DNA of 64,000 bases, from NCBI GenBank assembly GCA_964057225.1, contig OZ059899.1:14694001-14758000 (forward strand), given 5' to 3'. This document shows positions 52,351-64,000 of the stretch, piece after piece. Each line of letters starts with the position of its first letter. The first letter of the stretch is position 1. Both the position numbers and the translations under genes were made by a program. Source of the stretch: Auanema rhodensis. Lineage: Eukaryota; Animalia; Nematoda. The notes beneath the pieces were generated by a model. It saw only the letters and a program-made list of their open reading frames with translations, was not told the DNA's origin and did not search any database.

Positions 52351-55300
52351 GTAGGGGCCTGAAATAACAATATAGAAACGAATAGGTACTAATATAAACA
52401 TAAATGGAAAATATGATAACAGTTTGATTGAAAAATTGATTAGTTGTAACATGTGAAACAAGTAAAAATGAAATCGAGAAGGGCACGAGAAGTGCTAAGG
52501 AGTTGTGTCGTCATAGGAACTACTTGAAACTTGTACACTAGGTGTATGGTGTATGCAAATTCATGATAGGTTTAAGAAAGAACAAACTAAGCAATCTAAG
52601 ATATATGAAATTTTTTTGAGCATCTTATAAGGCTTTGAGCAATAAAAAACAGTAGTGAACCGATAAAACAGCTATAAATGGCTAAAGAAATTGATATCAA
52701 ATATTTGCTTATGTAATATACAGTTTGAAAACTCTGATTTTGATGGAAATGAAGTACACGGAGACAATTGAAGAGAATGACGAAGAAGAAAAATATGAAG
52801 AAGAAGCAAAGAGGACGATCGAGGAGAACAAGGAGGAGTCTGAGTATTGGCAGCGATACGCAGAATGATAGGCGGAGCGCCATCTGAAACCAGAATACGA
52901 GGGCAGATGAGCCGTAACGAACGAAATGTGTGGTCAATCGAAAATGGCACCATATCGATGAAGATCAAAATTAAATTAGTTATTGAACAACAAAAACGCT
53001 TATTCACAGAAATGATTGAAAATGGATGGCCCGTAGTGATGCAAGCGGAAGGAAGAAAATTCTTAGTCCAAGAGGTTAGAAAGTTAAAACGAATATGCTC
53101 AACTTAAGCTGAATAAACGAAAAAAAAGGGGGAAAAACTTTTTTTTTGTAATGAATCTATGTAATGATTGTAGATCTTGAAATAAAAATGATATTCGGAG
53201 AACACGTTGAACACTATAAAATGAGATCTGAGCAAATAAAATGAAGAATTAAAGAAAATATAATCAGGTTTTAGGTGGATAAAACTAACAGTGAGGTAAA
53301 AATACCAATCAAGCGTTTGTTTTACTAAGAATAGATTGTCACAACTTGAATGGCTTCTCTGGTATAGAGTAAAATTTCGTGAAAAGGATGTAAAACCAAT
53401 AAAAGTTTTGAGACAAAAATAGTTGCTGTACTGAGCTATAATTATGATTCCAATCATTTGCTATTGATATGCTTGATCGAAATTGTAAAGTCCTGGAAAC
53501 TATGAGAAAAACTGATAAATGGTTTCAGCAGAAAGAAAAGATGAATGGCCAGCGATTTAAACGGAAACGAAAAGATCAAGTCTATCAGAATGAGGAAAAT
53601 AGAAGAAGGGAGGGGCAAAGGGTAATAGATGAACATGAAGCTGAAGAGGAGGAGCAGTCAGTAAGATGAAAGAACTGAGAGAATAGATATCAACCAATGT
53701 GATATAGAAGAGATCAAAGGAGAGATAGAAAATTGAGCTTTTGCGCGGATTGGCAAATCTGAGAAGAATTGTGGTAGAGAAGAGACCAGTAGGAGTTAGT
53801 AGGCACCTTCAGACAACCGATGCTGGATCAGCTGTGTTGGCAACTTTTAGCTAAAACAGCTGACAGGCCCTACGGCATACCAACAGCCGTATCTCTCACT
53901 CTTTCTTTCTTTCTCTCTTTCTTTACTGCTCTTAGCTCTACATCTATCATACATGTTGTCTCTCAATACCATATGTATATGTTCCGTTGCGTATTACCGA
54001 CAACTTCAACAGCTACATGATGATTCATATCCCTACCACCTAACAGATCTCTTGGCATGTCGATGTCTGTCATTCCCATGTCATCGATTTATCATTTTTC
54101 TCAACTCATTCGAAAAAATTTTTAATCTCCTCCTGCGGTTTTTTTCACTAATTTTTTTAAAAAATGTGATACCGGAAAAGACGGAAAAGCTAAGAAAAGA
54201 AACGGAAATCGTTTTCTCGAAAAGAGAACACACGTGTGTTTTTGACGTCACAAACGATTTTGGTCTCACTTAACTTCTTCAAGTCGTATAAAGAGAATGT
54301 TACGATGGTAATCGACTATTCTGATGGACATAGATAATAGCCTCTAGCATATGCTCTCGTCAGCAATGAGAAAAAATTGAGATGAGTTCAATGACTATTT
54401 TGGGATAACACTGCAAAGGCGGTTAATTCTGAAAGGGGGGAAAGAGGATAAGAAGAGGGTTATAAATACATTATCTATGAAGATGAACTCCAGATGACGC
54501 AAAGCAATTGGACATTATAGGCTGTGGTTTTACCAACGAAGAAAAAAATGAAATGAAAATGAGTAATATACTGATAATGGCAGTTGAATGACGAATATTG
54601 TTTTCCTAGAGTTATAAGCTGGCTAGTAGATATAGGCAAGCAATAGTTTGTAGAACAAGACAAGAAGCAGAAGAAGGAAGAAGAAATTCTACTGCTGACT
54701 GAAAGATCTTCTCTCCAAACTAGAAGCCAGTTTGTGCACGAAACAACGAGAGAATAGAGAACATAAGAGATAACTGAGAGAGAGAAAGAGATGGAAGAGG
54801 GACAGAGGAAGAGATAAGAACAGATAAAGAGGTGATGAGATAAAGAGGAAAAAAGTGTGAGATTGACTGACTGACTAACTGACTAGCTGACCCGCACAGG
54901 TGAGGAGAAGAAAATTAGATGATCAAAAGCATCAACAAGCATCCACATGACAGACACAGCACAGCGTGACGGTAACGCTAGAAGTTTGAACTGATCCATT
55001 CAAATTGAAAAATGTCCTCTAGAAAAGAAGGTTCAAAACAACCAACAACGTACATACAATAAAACTCATTAGGAGTACTAAACTAGCTCTTTTTTCAGTA
55101 ACTTTATATAATTTTTGAGGAAAAACAAAACAAAAAGGTGTTTTGAATAGGCTGGTTGCTTTCTAGCAAAGTGTAGTCGAAGGGGATATATAATCAAAGA
55201 TCTATTGATGATCACAGAAAACTTCAGAAATCAAAAAAGATTATTTATACTAATAATGTTATTTATAAGAAAATAAGCGAAACATTCAGAAAATAAAATG

Positions 55301-58300
55301 ACAATTAGTTGCAACAGAACATCCAGAGGGATGTCATCCTCCATTATCTAAATAATGTGTTCAGGAGATCAAATTCAAAGAAAAAAAAAAGAATTAGTTC
55401 AAATGTTAATTGATTTCAAAAAAATTCGTAGAGGTAAGAGAATCTTCAAAAAGAGAAATAACCAATTTATGAGACAGTATTGAAGAGGCGATGGTGGTGG
55501 CTGCCCAAAAAAGCAGCCAATCCTGATATGGTAGTAATCATTCCTCGTATGGCAGGTTTGAAACTTTTTTTCGAGACATGTTTCTTGATAGGACTGCTCG
55601 AAATGTCTTATAGTTTGGACCCTGTTGACGATATATTTTTTCTCATCTTCTTCTTCTACTTCTTGTCCTCCCTCTCAATTTCTCGTTCTCTCTCTCCCTC
55701 TCTGTCTTCTTATGTCTCTTGTTGTTATATGTTATTTTCGTTTTCTTGGTTATTCCTTTTTTTGATTCAGTCTTTTAATGTTCAATAGACAAGCAGACAA
55801 TGATGAACGTTTTTGACTTCATGAAATGAAAAGAAAACAAGTAAGACTTGGTTGTTTGAAAGGAATGATGGTAAATAAAGTATAAGCTTCTCTAAAATTT
55901 CCAGAATTAGGTAATATAAAACCGTCGTCACAGCACGACACAACTTGAAATATTTAAAAATTTTAAAACAAAATTATATAAGAAAGTTGCAAAATAAAAA
56001 TATTTTAAGAAAACGTTTAAAACCTCAATATTTTATTTGATGATATCAAGCATATTTGCACCTCGAGATCATCTGTAAATACGCGAAAAAGTTTTGATTG
56101 GAAATGCAAAAAAAATGAGGAAAAAACAAATACATACATAAGTTTGGCTGGAAGACGGATGGAAGAATTTCCACCTGAACATCATCCATATTTTTCTTAA
56201 ATTTCTTTTTCAAGAGGTTGCGGTCAACAGTCTATTTGTTAAGTATTGTCGAGGCAATCTATATAAATCCATAATATGCCCTGAATTTTGAAAACTATGA
56301 GATTGCTATATTTAGCCCTCACGAAGCACATTAGGCTCAGCTCAATATTTTACGAATGCGCGAGACAACGTTCGATAGTTACGATCTGAACCGAAATACT
56401 AGTTTAGCCTCTATATAATAAAAGGCAAACGAATACAAATTGTCGACTTTTTGAAAATCAGAAGAAATCAAACACGTCTCAGAAGGACATTAGGTAGTTT
56501 GTGAAAAAGGAGACTTTCTATATGACTTAATAAACTCTCATCTGCTACTTCAAGCATACAACACGAACATAGATGCTTCACCATCATCTGGTTCTTGAAA
56601 CACGTGGTTTCACTTTTTTTTTTCATTTGCCAATGCAACCGTTAGATGTTTCCGTTCAATAAATGAATTAGCATTTCCACGTACGTACACTAACCATTTT
56701 ATTTTTCGAACGCAATTCGCATGACACGGTCGCTTTCAAAGTTGGGTCATTGAGTTCAAATTAAGTTTACAGTGGGCAGGTCAAGTTTTGGATTTAATTT
56801 TGCTTCTATTCCTGATCATCTGACAACTTAGAAGCGTAGATACGATAGATTCCTTAGATGTATACGCACAAGTGGAAAATGCCTGTGATTTTGTTCTTTT
56901 CTAAAACACGAAACAGGATTTTGCATTTGTGCATTTCTTTCTTTATGTCTTTTTGTCTTCCTTGTGTCTATTTCTCTCTTCCACATCACATATTATCTTC
57001 CACCCTTCTCTCTCTATCCATCTATCTCTCTCTCGCTTATTCTCTATTCAACGCTTTTATAACTAGGCGTACGGTCAAGTGTTTCTACCACGGACGGCTT
57101 GTTTGATAATCTCTTACAATCGGTTAAGATTATCCATCTAACATCCGGAGAGTTGCATATAAAATTTTCGATAATCAAATATAGTTACTTTTATTTGTAG
57201 GATAGTGCATCAAAGGTTATTTCGGAATGAACATCAGTCTGCCCTCGATAGGGAAATTACTTTTGAGGGGTTGTGATTACGGAATTTAGTACTTTACAAA
57301 TGTTGTAAAAACAAATAAGGGAATAATAAGTATATTGCACTACTTTATTACATATTTGTTGAATTAAAAAAACTTTCTAGTCATTTAAAAAGTATTATTG
57401 TTGCTAACTACCCATTTAATTGTATTTGCTTTCGTTCAGCGAAACATTAAACATTTAATGCCAGCCAACAAAAAGTTTAAAATGTAACGGAAAATTAGCT
57501 TGTCCTTTTCATTCTGTTCTGAACAAATTTTTCCCGTCATTAAGGTGAATGACAATATTCCTACTAACTAATTCAACAGAACACATAGATTGCTATTGAT
57601 TTCCGTCCATGGAAGACATACTTTCTGGAAAGTTACTTTAATATGTAACAGATGGCACTGATTTATAGAAGAAGACTCATGCAACTTTGTATGAGAGACA
57701 TCTGGCTTAGCAACAGTTGAAATTCGAAAAAAAACGAATCAAAAACTAATAAGAGTTTTCATATTAGAAATCAATGCTGATGTAAAACATTAACGGAGTG
57801 GTTACCATTATTTGGATGATTAGATAAGATGATATGATATTCTGATGTGAAAGACATAATGAGTCAAGCGAAGAGAACAACTTTTTAGCGCCACGTCAAA
57901 TAGATATTACACAAGAGTTTGTGAATAAAGAAATGAAGCATTTTGAGAAGTAGTGAACAAGAGATGAGGGAAAATCAAAAAAAATGAAAAGAACTAAATG
58001 AAGAAGAGATAAAATATAGGCAATTACGTGTAGTCAAGTTCAAGCTTGTGCCTCTCGAGAATGAGTAGAGAGAGAGTATCTGACTTGATCAACAATTTCA
58101 TTTGAAGTTTTGATAGAAATACTAGAGAAAAAGCGATAGGCACACATACAAGAATAGGTTTGAATGTGGGTAATGGATCTTACAATGCTGTAAGAAAAAG
58201 GAAAGACGAGGAAAATCTGGTGAGATGAAGAGAACATGAGATAGCTGTTGGTGAGATGAGCTATTGAAAAAACCGTAACAAACCAGAAAAATCTGTTCAT

Positions 58301-59224
58301 CGGCAGACAGACACAACAAAACAGACAAACAAATGCAATAAATTCGAGAGAAAGACGATGGTTTGAATTAAAAACAGATAAATACACACAATATCAATAA
58401 TAATCAATGAAAGCGATACGAATTGAAGTAAATTCCGGCTCTCTTCTCTAACTGTCATCAACTCACTAGATCTCATCAATCCGTCGTTGCATTTAAAAAT
58501 TTCCGTGAAAATACACGACATTGCTTAAGGATAATTGGATCTCTGATTCAATTAATAGATCATTGTATGCATAAGAAGACCGCGGACGAAAAATGAATAT
58601 CTGTTCCTTTTTTTGAGATATTTTGACAACGAAACGGATAATCATTCATTCAGTCAGATTTGATTTTGATCATTCCAATCAGCAGAAATTCAGCGTAGTT
58701 CTCTGATAAGATTTAGAAAGGATTTGAGTGCGTCAATGCAGCAAAACCACGAGCGGCATTTCTACCAGATCATCTGACTGAGCTAATTTTCCATACTCTG
58801 TTTCAATAGAACAGATTCGATTATATATAAATATATACATTCTTGAGAACGGAAGGGATCAAATTGCTCTAGAAGAGCAGCTATTCATCTCAAAACACGT
58901 CACCACCTTCGCGTCTTATTGTCTATTTTGCTTTTCTGAAAAAATTCGTTTCAAATGAAGAAGAACATTACGGCGTGAATGATCAGAGTAGCGAAACAAT
59001 CATAAGTGTTTTCATGCATTTTCGAGCTATTATTTGCATAAATTGCTCGAGTGATCAGGAAGAAGATTATATGTATGAGAAAACAATTGTTAAAGAGAAA
59101 AAGAGAGAGAGAAAGACAATCATACTGAAATAACTCTTCATTTTCCAAAACTAACGAGTATAATAAATAGACGTGCACATTGGTGCACATTTACAGACAA
59201 CTTCATGCAATATAAGGAACAATT

Positions 59225-60734
59225 TTAGATCAAAACAATGTTAGCGGATGGAACCAATCCTGAAAAAAAAATTCAACTTCTATATTTAGAATAAGAATAT
59301 ATACCCAATTCCTTTAATGGAGCATCATAGTCTTCAGTAGTGAATGTTTTTCTAGGAAATGGTGTCATCAAATTAATTTGATCGCCAGAGACGTGATTCA
59401 ATTGCAGCCAGAGCCGAACAGCAGATAACTGTAACCAATTCAAACAAACTTGAAATTCTCACATTACGGTGAACTTACAGGCTCATTTGCTCCGAACGTA
59501 TTTCTTACACATTTTCCATCCTTCAGGCGAACCTAGATTATTAATTGAAATCCCACTTTACTTTTTGTGTAATCAAACCTGAATGGTGGCTTGGTTATAG
59601 TCAACTTTTGGCGGAGGGTTAGGATTCACAGATGGAGCAGGTTCGGCTGGCTTCACTCCAGCGAGTCTAGCAGCTCTTTCTTCCTAAAAAGAATACAAGA
59701 TCAAATTAGATTATAAAACTAAAATTTTACCCTGTCCAATCGAATTTGTTCGACAACACGTTGTCTAGCTAATTCAGTCTCTAACTTATCACGTTTTCTA
59801 GCTTCAATAGCTTCTCTTAAAAATTTTAGTTATTATTAAAAATTTCAAAAAATTCTATAAATGGGATATATACTGTAACATTTAAACAAATTGCTTATTT
59901 TCATTTTGAAAGTAATATCGGAATGAACTGGTTGTGTTCGCTGTGCAATTGTCGAAAATCAAAATAATTAATACTGTTCTGATAGGCATGGAGAAATCGT
60001 AAATCAGTTTTAACAATCAAGAAAAACTGACCTCATCTCAGTTTCCTTCTGTTTTTCTCTCATTTCTAACATTTTCTTTCCATCCTCAATTCTTTTCAGT
60101 TCTCGCTCATGCTGTAAAAATAAAAATAAATAGAATAATTCATATAAATAGATATACAGCTTCCTTCCTTTCAACCTCGACCTTCTCAGCGCGAGCTTTC
60201 TGAATTCTCTCTCTTAAATCTGCAGTTTTCTGTTTTCTTTCTTCTTCGGTTAATGGCTTCATTTCCTGAACAAATATCTGTGTCGACGTAGGTAGACTGT
60301 GTCTACTAACCTCAGTACTTTCTGAGAAATTTTCATGACCACTCTTTGAAGCATGGAACATCATACCATTTTCATCACGGAATAATTTGTTACAGCTACA
60401 ATATAATATAATTACCAACGATTTTATAATAATATTACTAACTCATTGCATTTGTAGCAACCGGGGGTCTGTTCAGTAATAGGCTCTTCAGCACCTGTAG
60501 GCACACCAGGAGCCGAATTAGCTGCTGCAGGAGCATCAGAGGCTGGAGCAGGGAAAGCGCTCAAGTCCTCACCGTCATGAGCTAATAACCATTCCATAGC
60601 CTCAAAATATGAGGATTAATTAGGTTTTTCTTAAATATTTTTACCTCTTCTAAGGTAGAATTTGTCACAGAAAAAGCTTTCTCAGCTTTAGCGCGATCAA
60701 ATCCCATCTCAATTAGTTGATCAACAACAGACAT
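59225..60734 (-). CDS. ubxn-1: UBA-UBX domain p97/CDC-48 cofactor (UBXN1/SAKS1-like)
   Basis: UBA MSVVDQLIEMGFDRAKAEKA...AMEWLLAH; C2H2-like CNECNKLF...HASKSGHENFSES; KPLTEEE coiled coil; UBX IQVRLKDG...TFGANEP...MTPFPRKTF...LGLVPSANIVLI. Confidence 0.92.
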
Positions 60735-61132
60735 GGTTTGCTACAGAAATGTGGATAGAATAGAAATAATTATAATAAAACAAGATAATATTCGGGAAAT
60801 GCCCAAATTTGAAAACAAAAAAAAACAAAATTAAACAAATAAATAAGTAAGCCTTTATTTCTATAATAATTCTTAATTTTACTCGTTCTCGAAAACAAAT
60901 AAAAAAATGATGATGAGTTAGCAGATTTCGAAATGCTTATCCACACTGACCAAAGTCGTAGATGTGTTTATTGTCCTATTAGCATTTGTTGTGCACCTAC
61001 CTCTAACAAAATCAATACATTTAAACTTGAAAATGAAAATATACCTGTTGAAATACAGTGCTCGGATGTGCAATGCACAAAAAGAAAAATCGATTTATTC
61101 GCACGATCATCTTTGAATTCTTACAAAAAAAA

Positions 61133-61523
61133 TTATGTTTCTACAAGTCTTATGATCTCCAGGACTTCATTCTTCGCCATCTTCAATTAATCTAGTTTTA
61201 GTAAAATAATTACAGTAATGCTACCTCAGTTTCTTCCTCGCTACCATGTCGAGCAGTTATTTTTGATAGCGCACTCTCAAGCATATGATTGTGTTTACGA
61301 ATTTGCTCAATACGACTATCTACTTCCCATTCTACATGTTTTAGCATTTGATTGAAAATTTTCTGTTCTGAAGTTACTTAATTGCTTCGAGATAATCATT
61401 TGTTTTTGTACCATTTATAATATCCTCTGCGTGAGCTGTACCATTAGTATTACTTGAATTAAGCCAATCATATCCAGGACCAGCTGTATGCTCAGAAGTA
61501 CCAATATCCAATGAAAGTTCCAT
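61133..61523 (-). CDS. Small (~100 aa) uncharacterised helical/coiled-coil protein, 3 exons
   Basis: Acceptor TTGTAG before the ATG. Two 44-nt GT-AG introns keep the frame: MELSLDIG...IINEQKIFNQMLKHVEWEVDSRIEQIRKHNHMLESAL...MAKNEVLEIIRLVET*. AATAAA at ~61094-61099. Confidence 0.65.
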
Positions 61524-62322
61524 GCCTACAATTGTATTGTAGAAATACTTTGAACGTTTTCAAGATATTTATTAAACGAAGTTAAGGCACATCGTTATTA
61601 TTGATAAGATAAAGAATAGACATCAGAAAAAAAGAGATTAAAAGCGTTTCTATTTTGTAGTCTGTAATTTATTTTATAAAAAAATATATTCAAACTCGTC
61701 ATAATTAGCTTTGTAGTTCACGAATTTAATATAATTGCGAGTTACAACTAGGGAAAAAACTGAAAAGTTTCGAAAGTTGTATATTGATAAAATTTTATTT
61801 TATTATATATTTTTATAAATAGTTAGTATCTAAAAACAGAAGTGTTGATAAGATAATAATTAATAGAATACTAATACAGTCGCCAGCTGGCGTAGAAAAG
61901 TCAACCCATTACATGTGTTCATTATCATCATGTTATAAACATACATTTTTGAACACACATGTTTGCCAAAAACAATTAGAGACAGTTTCAAGATATGAAA
62001 GGTTCTTCAATGAAATAAAAACACATCTCAATGCAATATTAGAACACAAATCATACAAAAGAAAGCCAAATCAACGATGTAGTCATATCGTCATATCTTA
62101 TCCAGCGCACTAGAAACGAACGAATGAACATTAAAGGGCGGGAATCGATGCCCGCTCAATGCACATTCACTCCACATAACCAATAAGCAGCAGGTTTAGT
62201 TCAATACTCAAGCAGTATTAGGCTTTTCGATTCATTTATAAATATATTACTTACTATATAATTTTACAATATTCATCACGGTTTTTGGCCACGAACTGGA
62301 TTCTAATTCGCCATGGAGCAGG

Positions 62323-63041
62323 ATGAATCATTACTATATTCCGCTTACCGATCAACCCGACGAAAACACTTTTTTATGTGGTTATAACAGAGTAGGAAGC
62401 TGCATAATTTCCATTAAACTTTTATTATTTAGGTGAGAAAATACGGCACTACCGTTAGTTCCTCTGAAACTAAGCCACAATATTTTATCAATTATCAGGT
62501 ACTTCCCACTGATACAATTCAGGGAATTGCTTTAAAACATAATTGCTCAGTATGCAGTGAAATTTATTATAATTGAAAATAAAAGTATTTAGGTTTCTGA
62601 AATAGTTCGTATTAATAAATTATGGTCCGTTGAGTCCCTTCATCTTAAAGAAATTATTAAAATTCCTGTAGAGCGTACTCCTGATGGCAGTACTCCTAGC
62701 AGGGATATTCCTAGTAGTCATAGCAATAGAAGTCGGCCTAGGTACGTTGGAATGATTCATTTCATATCCTCCTTTGAACCACTTTAGTCCTAGGTCCAAT
62801 TCTCCTGTCCCAACTGATACCCAGCAGGAATCAATGAAAGATATTTTATCTAGGATCGACAAAACTATCAAAACAACATCATCAACAGTGAGAAAGCTTG
62901 AGCGATCTTCAACGTATGTACCTTTCTTTCTTTTTTAAATTTTAATTTCGTATTTTCAGAATTATCAAAGATGTTGCTGTGGAATCAAGATCAGAGCACT
63001 TTTCACTTCGAAATTTATGTAGTGATTATCAACAAATATAA
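62323..63041 (+). CDS. lmd-2: LysM-domain protein (LYSMD1/2-like), 5 exons
   Basis: RVRKYGTT, LysM YQVLPTDTIQGIALKHNCSVSEIVRINKLWSVESLHLKEIIKIP, and C-terminal DILSRIDKTIKTT. Missed by the ORF track because the exons are short. Confidence 0.85.
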
Positions 63042-63079
63042 AAATTTATAATAACAGTTTATTTTCAACAATGAACAAT

Positions 63080-64000
63080 TTATTTTTTGCCAGCGCTCTT
63101 AGCATGGCGTCTCAGGGCGGCGGAATATGGGTTAAGTTTAACCATGAGTCTGTGCTTCTTGAGTGGGTTTCTGTGGACCTTTGGTGTCTTGACGGCCTTT
63201 CTGACTGGGCGGACAGCCTTGACGATTTCTTCAGATCTGATGATCTTGGAGAAGTCAGCGCTGGTGGTCTTGTTAAGTGGAACGGACCATCCCTTCTTCA
63301 GCTTGGAGGAGTTGACGTTGAGGGTTCCGTAGATGGCATCCAACTTCTTGAAAGCGGACTCGGTCCAGATGATAAGACGTCCAAGATGTCCTATTTTTTG
63401 AATGTAAACTGGGAATTAATATAAAAAATGTTACCTCCAGGAGCAAGCTTAAGGAGGTTCAAGCGTTCGACGTTCATGACATCAACACCTGGGATGTTAC
63501 GGAAAGCGCGGGCGCAGTCAGCATCTTGTCCGTAGACAACAACTGGTCCAAGCTTTTGCTTGTACTTGTTGTTGCGCATCTTTCCCTTACCAGCGCGAGT
63601 ACGCTTGGAGGCATAGACCTAAATAATAAATAGTTAAAGTAAATGAAAATATTTATATACCTTCTCGATATCTTCCCAGACATGAGATCTGCGGAGGAAG
63701 ACGACGGCTTCCTTGGTCTTTCTGAAGGACTCAACCTTGTCGGTAACGACGAAGGGAACCTCAGCGATCTTATCGATGATGTGTCCACGAGCTTGAAGAA
63801 GAGCTGGAACTCCGGAAGCAGCAATAGCGGAGGAGACAGCGTAACGCTTCTGGGCTACGTTGACACGACGGTGCCAGCGGCGCCAAACTTTAAGGGGAGC
63901 GAACATGTGTCCACCACGGCACATGTTTCCGAAAGCTCCCTGTCCGGAGCGGTGGGTTCCACCACCACGAACACGGGGAATACGGGCAACAGCACGTCCA
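63080..64000 (-). CDS. rpl-4: 60S ribosomal protein L4 (uL4); 5' part outside the window
   Basis: [73 protein letters not shown]. Strong GC3 codon bias. Confidence 0.98.

Noticed and set aside
52596-59190. ORFs upstream of the kinase (e.g. 52847-53107, 53469-53669, 58040-58387)
   Set aside because: Compositional artefacts of purine/pyrimidine strand asymmetry; no recognisable protein.
62136-62215. Possible tRNA or SL/Sm RNA gene
   Set aside because: Only one T-arm-like hairpin; no acceptor or anticodon stems, SL exon or Sm site.
62313-62387. Upstream ATG (MEQDESLL...) as the start of the LysM gene
   Set aside because: Out of frame with the LysM exons and stops at ~62387; ATG 62323 gives the continuous frame.
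63071-63424. Plus-strand ORFs overlapping rpl-4
   Set aside because: Antisense shadows caused by strong codon bias.

Overview
AT-rich eukaryotic DNA from a rhabditid (clade V) nematode with many tiny (~40-50 nt) introns and SL2-type operon spacing. It is not C. elegans; an Auanema-like compact genome is my guess only. Hand-spliced genes, left to right: ace-2 (-, 3' end runs off the window); a ~14.7 kb gene-free (GA)n-rich upstream region; snpc-3, a DEK-like gene and rab-8 (all -, probable operon); a PCMTD-like gene (+); taf-4 (-); pqn-59, a degenerate DHRS4-like SDR and XPNPEP3 (all +, probable operon); a KLHL10-like gene, a ~430-aa gene with CEP57-like motifs and npp-12/gp210 (all -); a PSKH-like kinase (-); a ~6.9 kb gene-free stretch; ubxn-1 and a ~100-aa orphan (-); a LysM gene (+); rpl-4 (-, 5' end off the window). 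Most notable: (1) a candidate nematode CEP57/translokin-like centriolar protein, possibly the PCMD-1 family; (2) a relaxed splice code, with frequent AAG/GAG acceptors and two G|GCTTG donors; (3) apparent microsynteny with the C. elegans R119 cluster, including a probable pseudo-enzyme SDR. Gene models and homologies come from manual translation and recalled sequences, so boundaries may be off by a few nt and nothing was database-checked.
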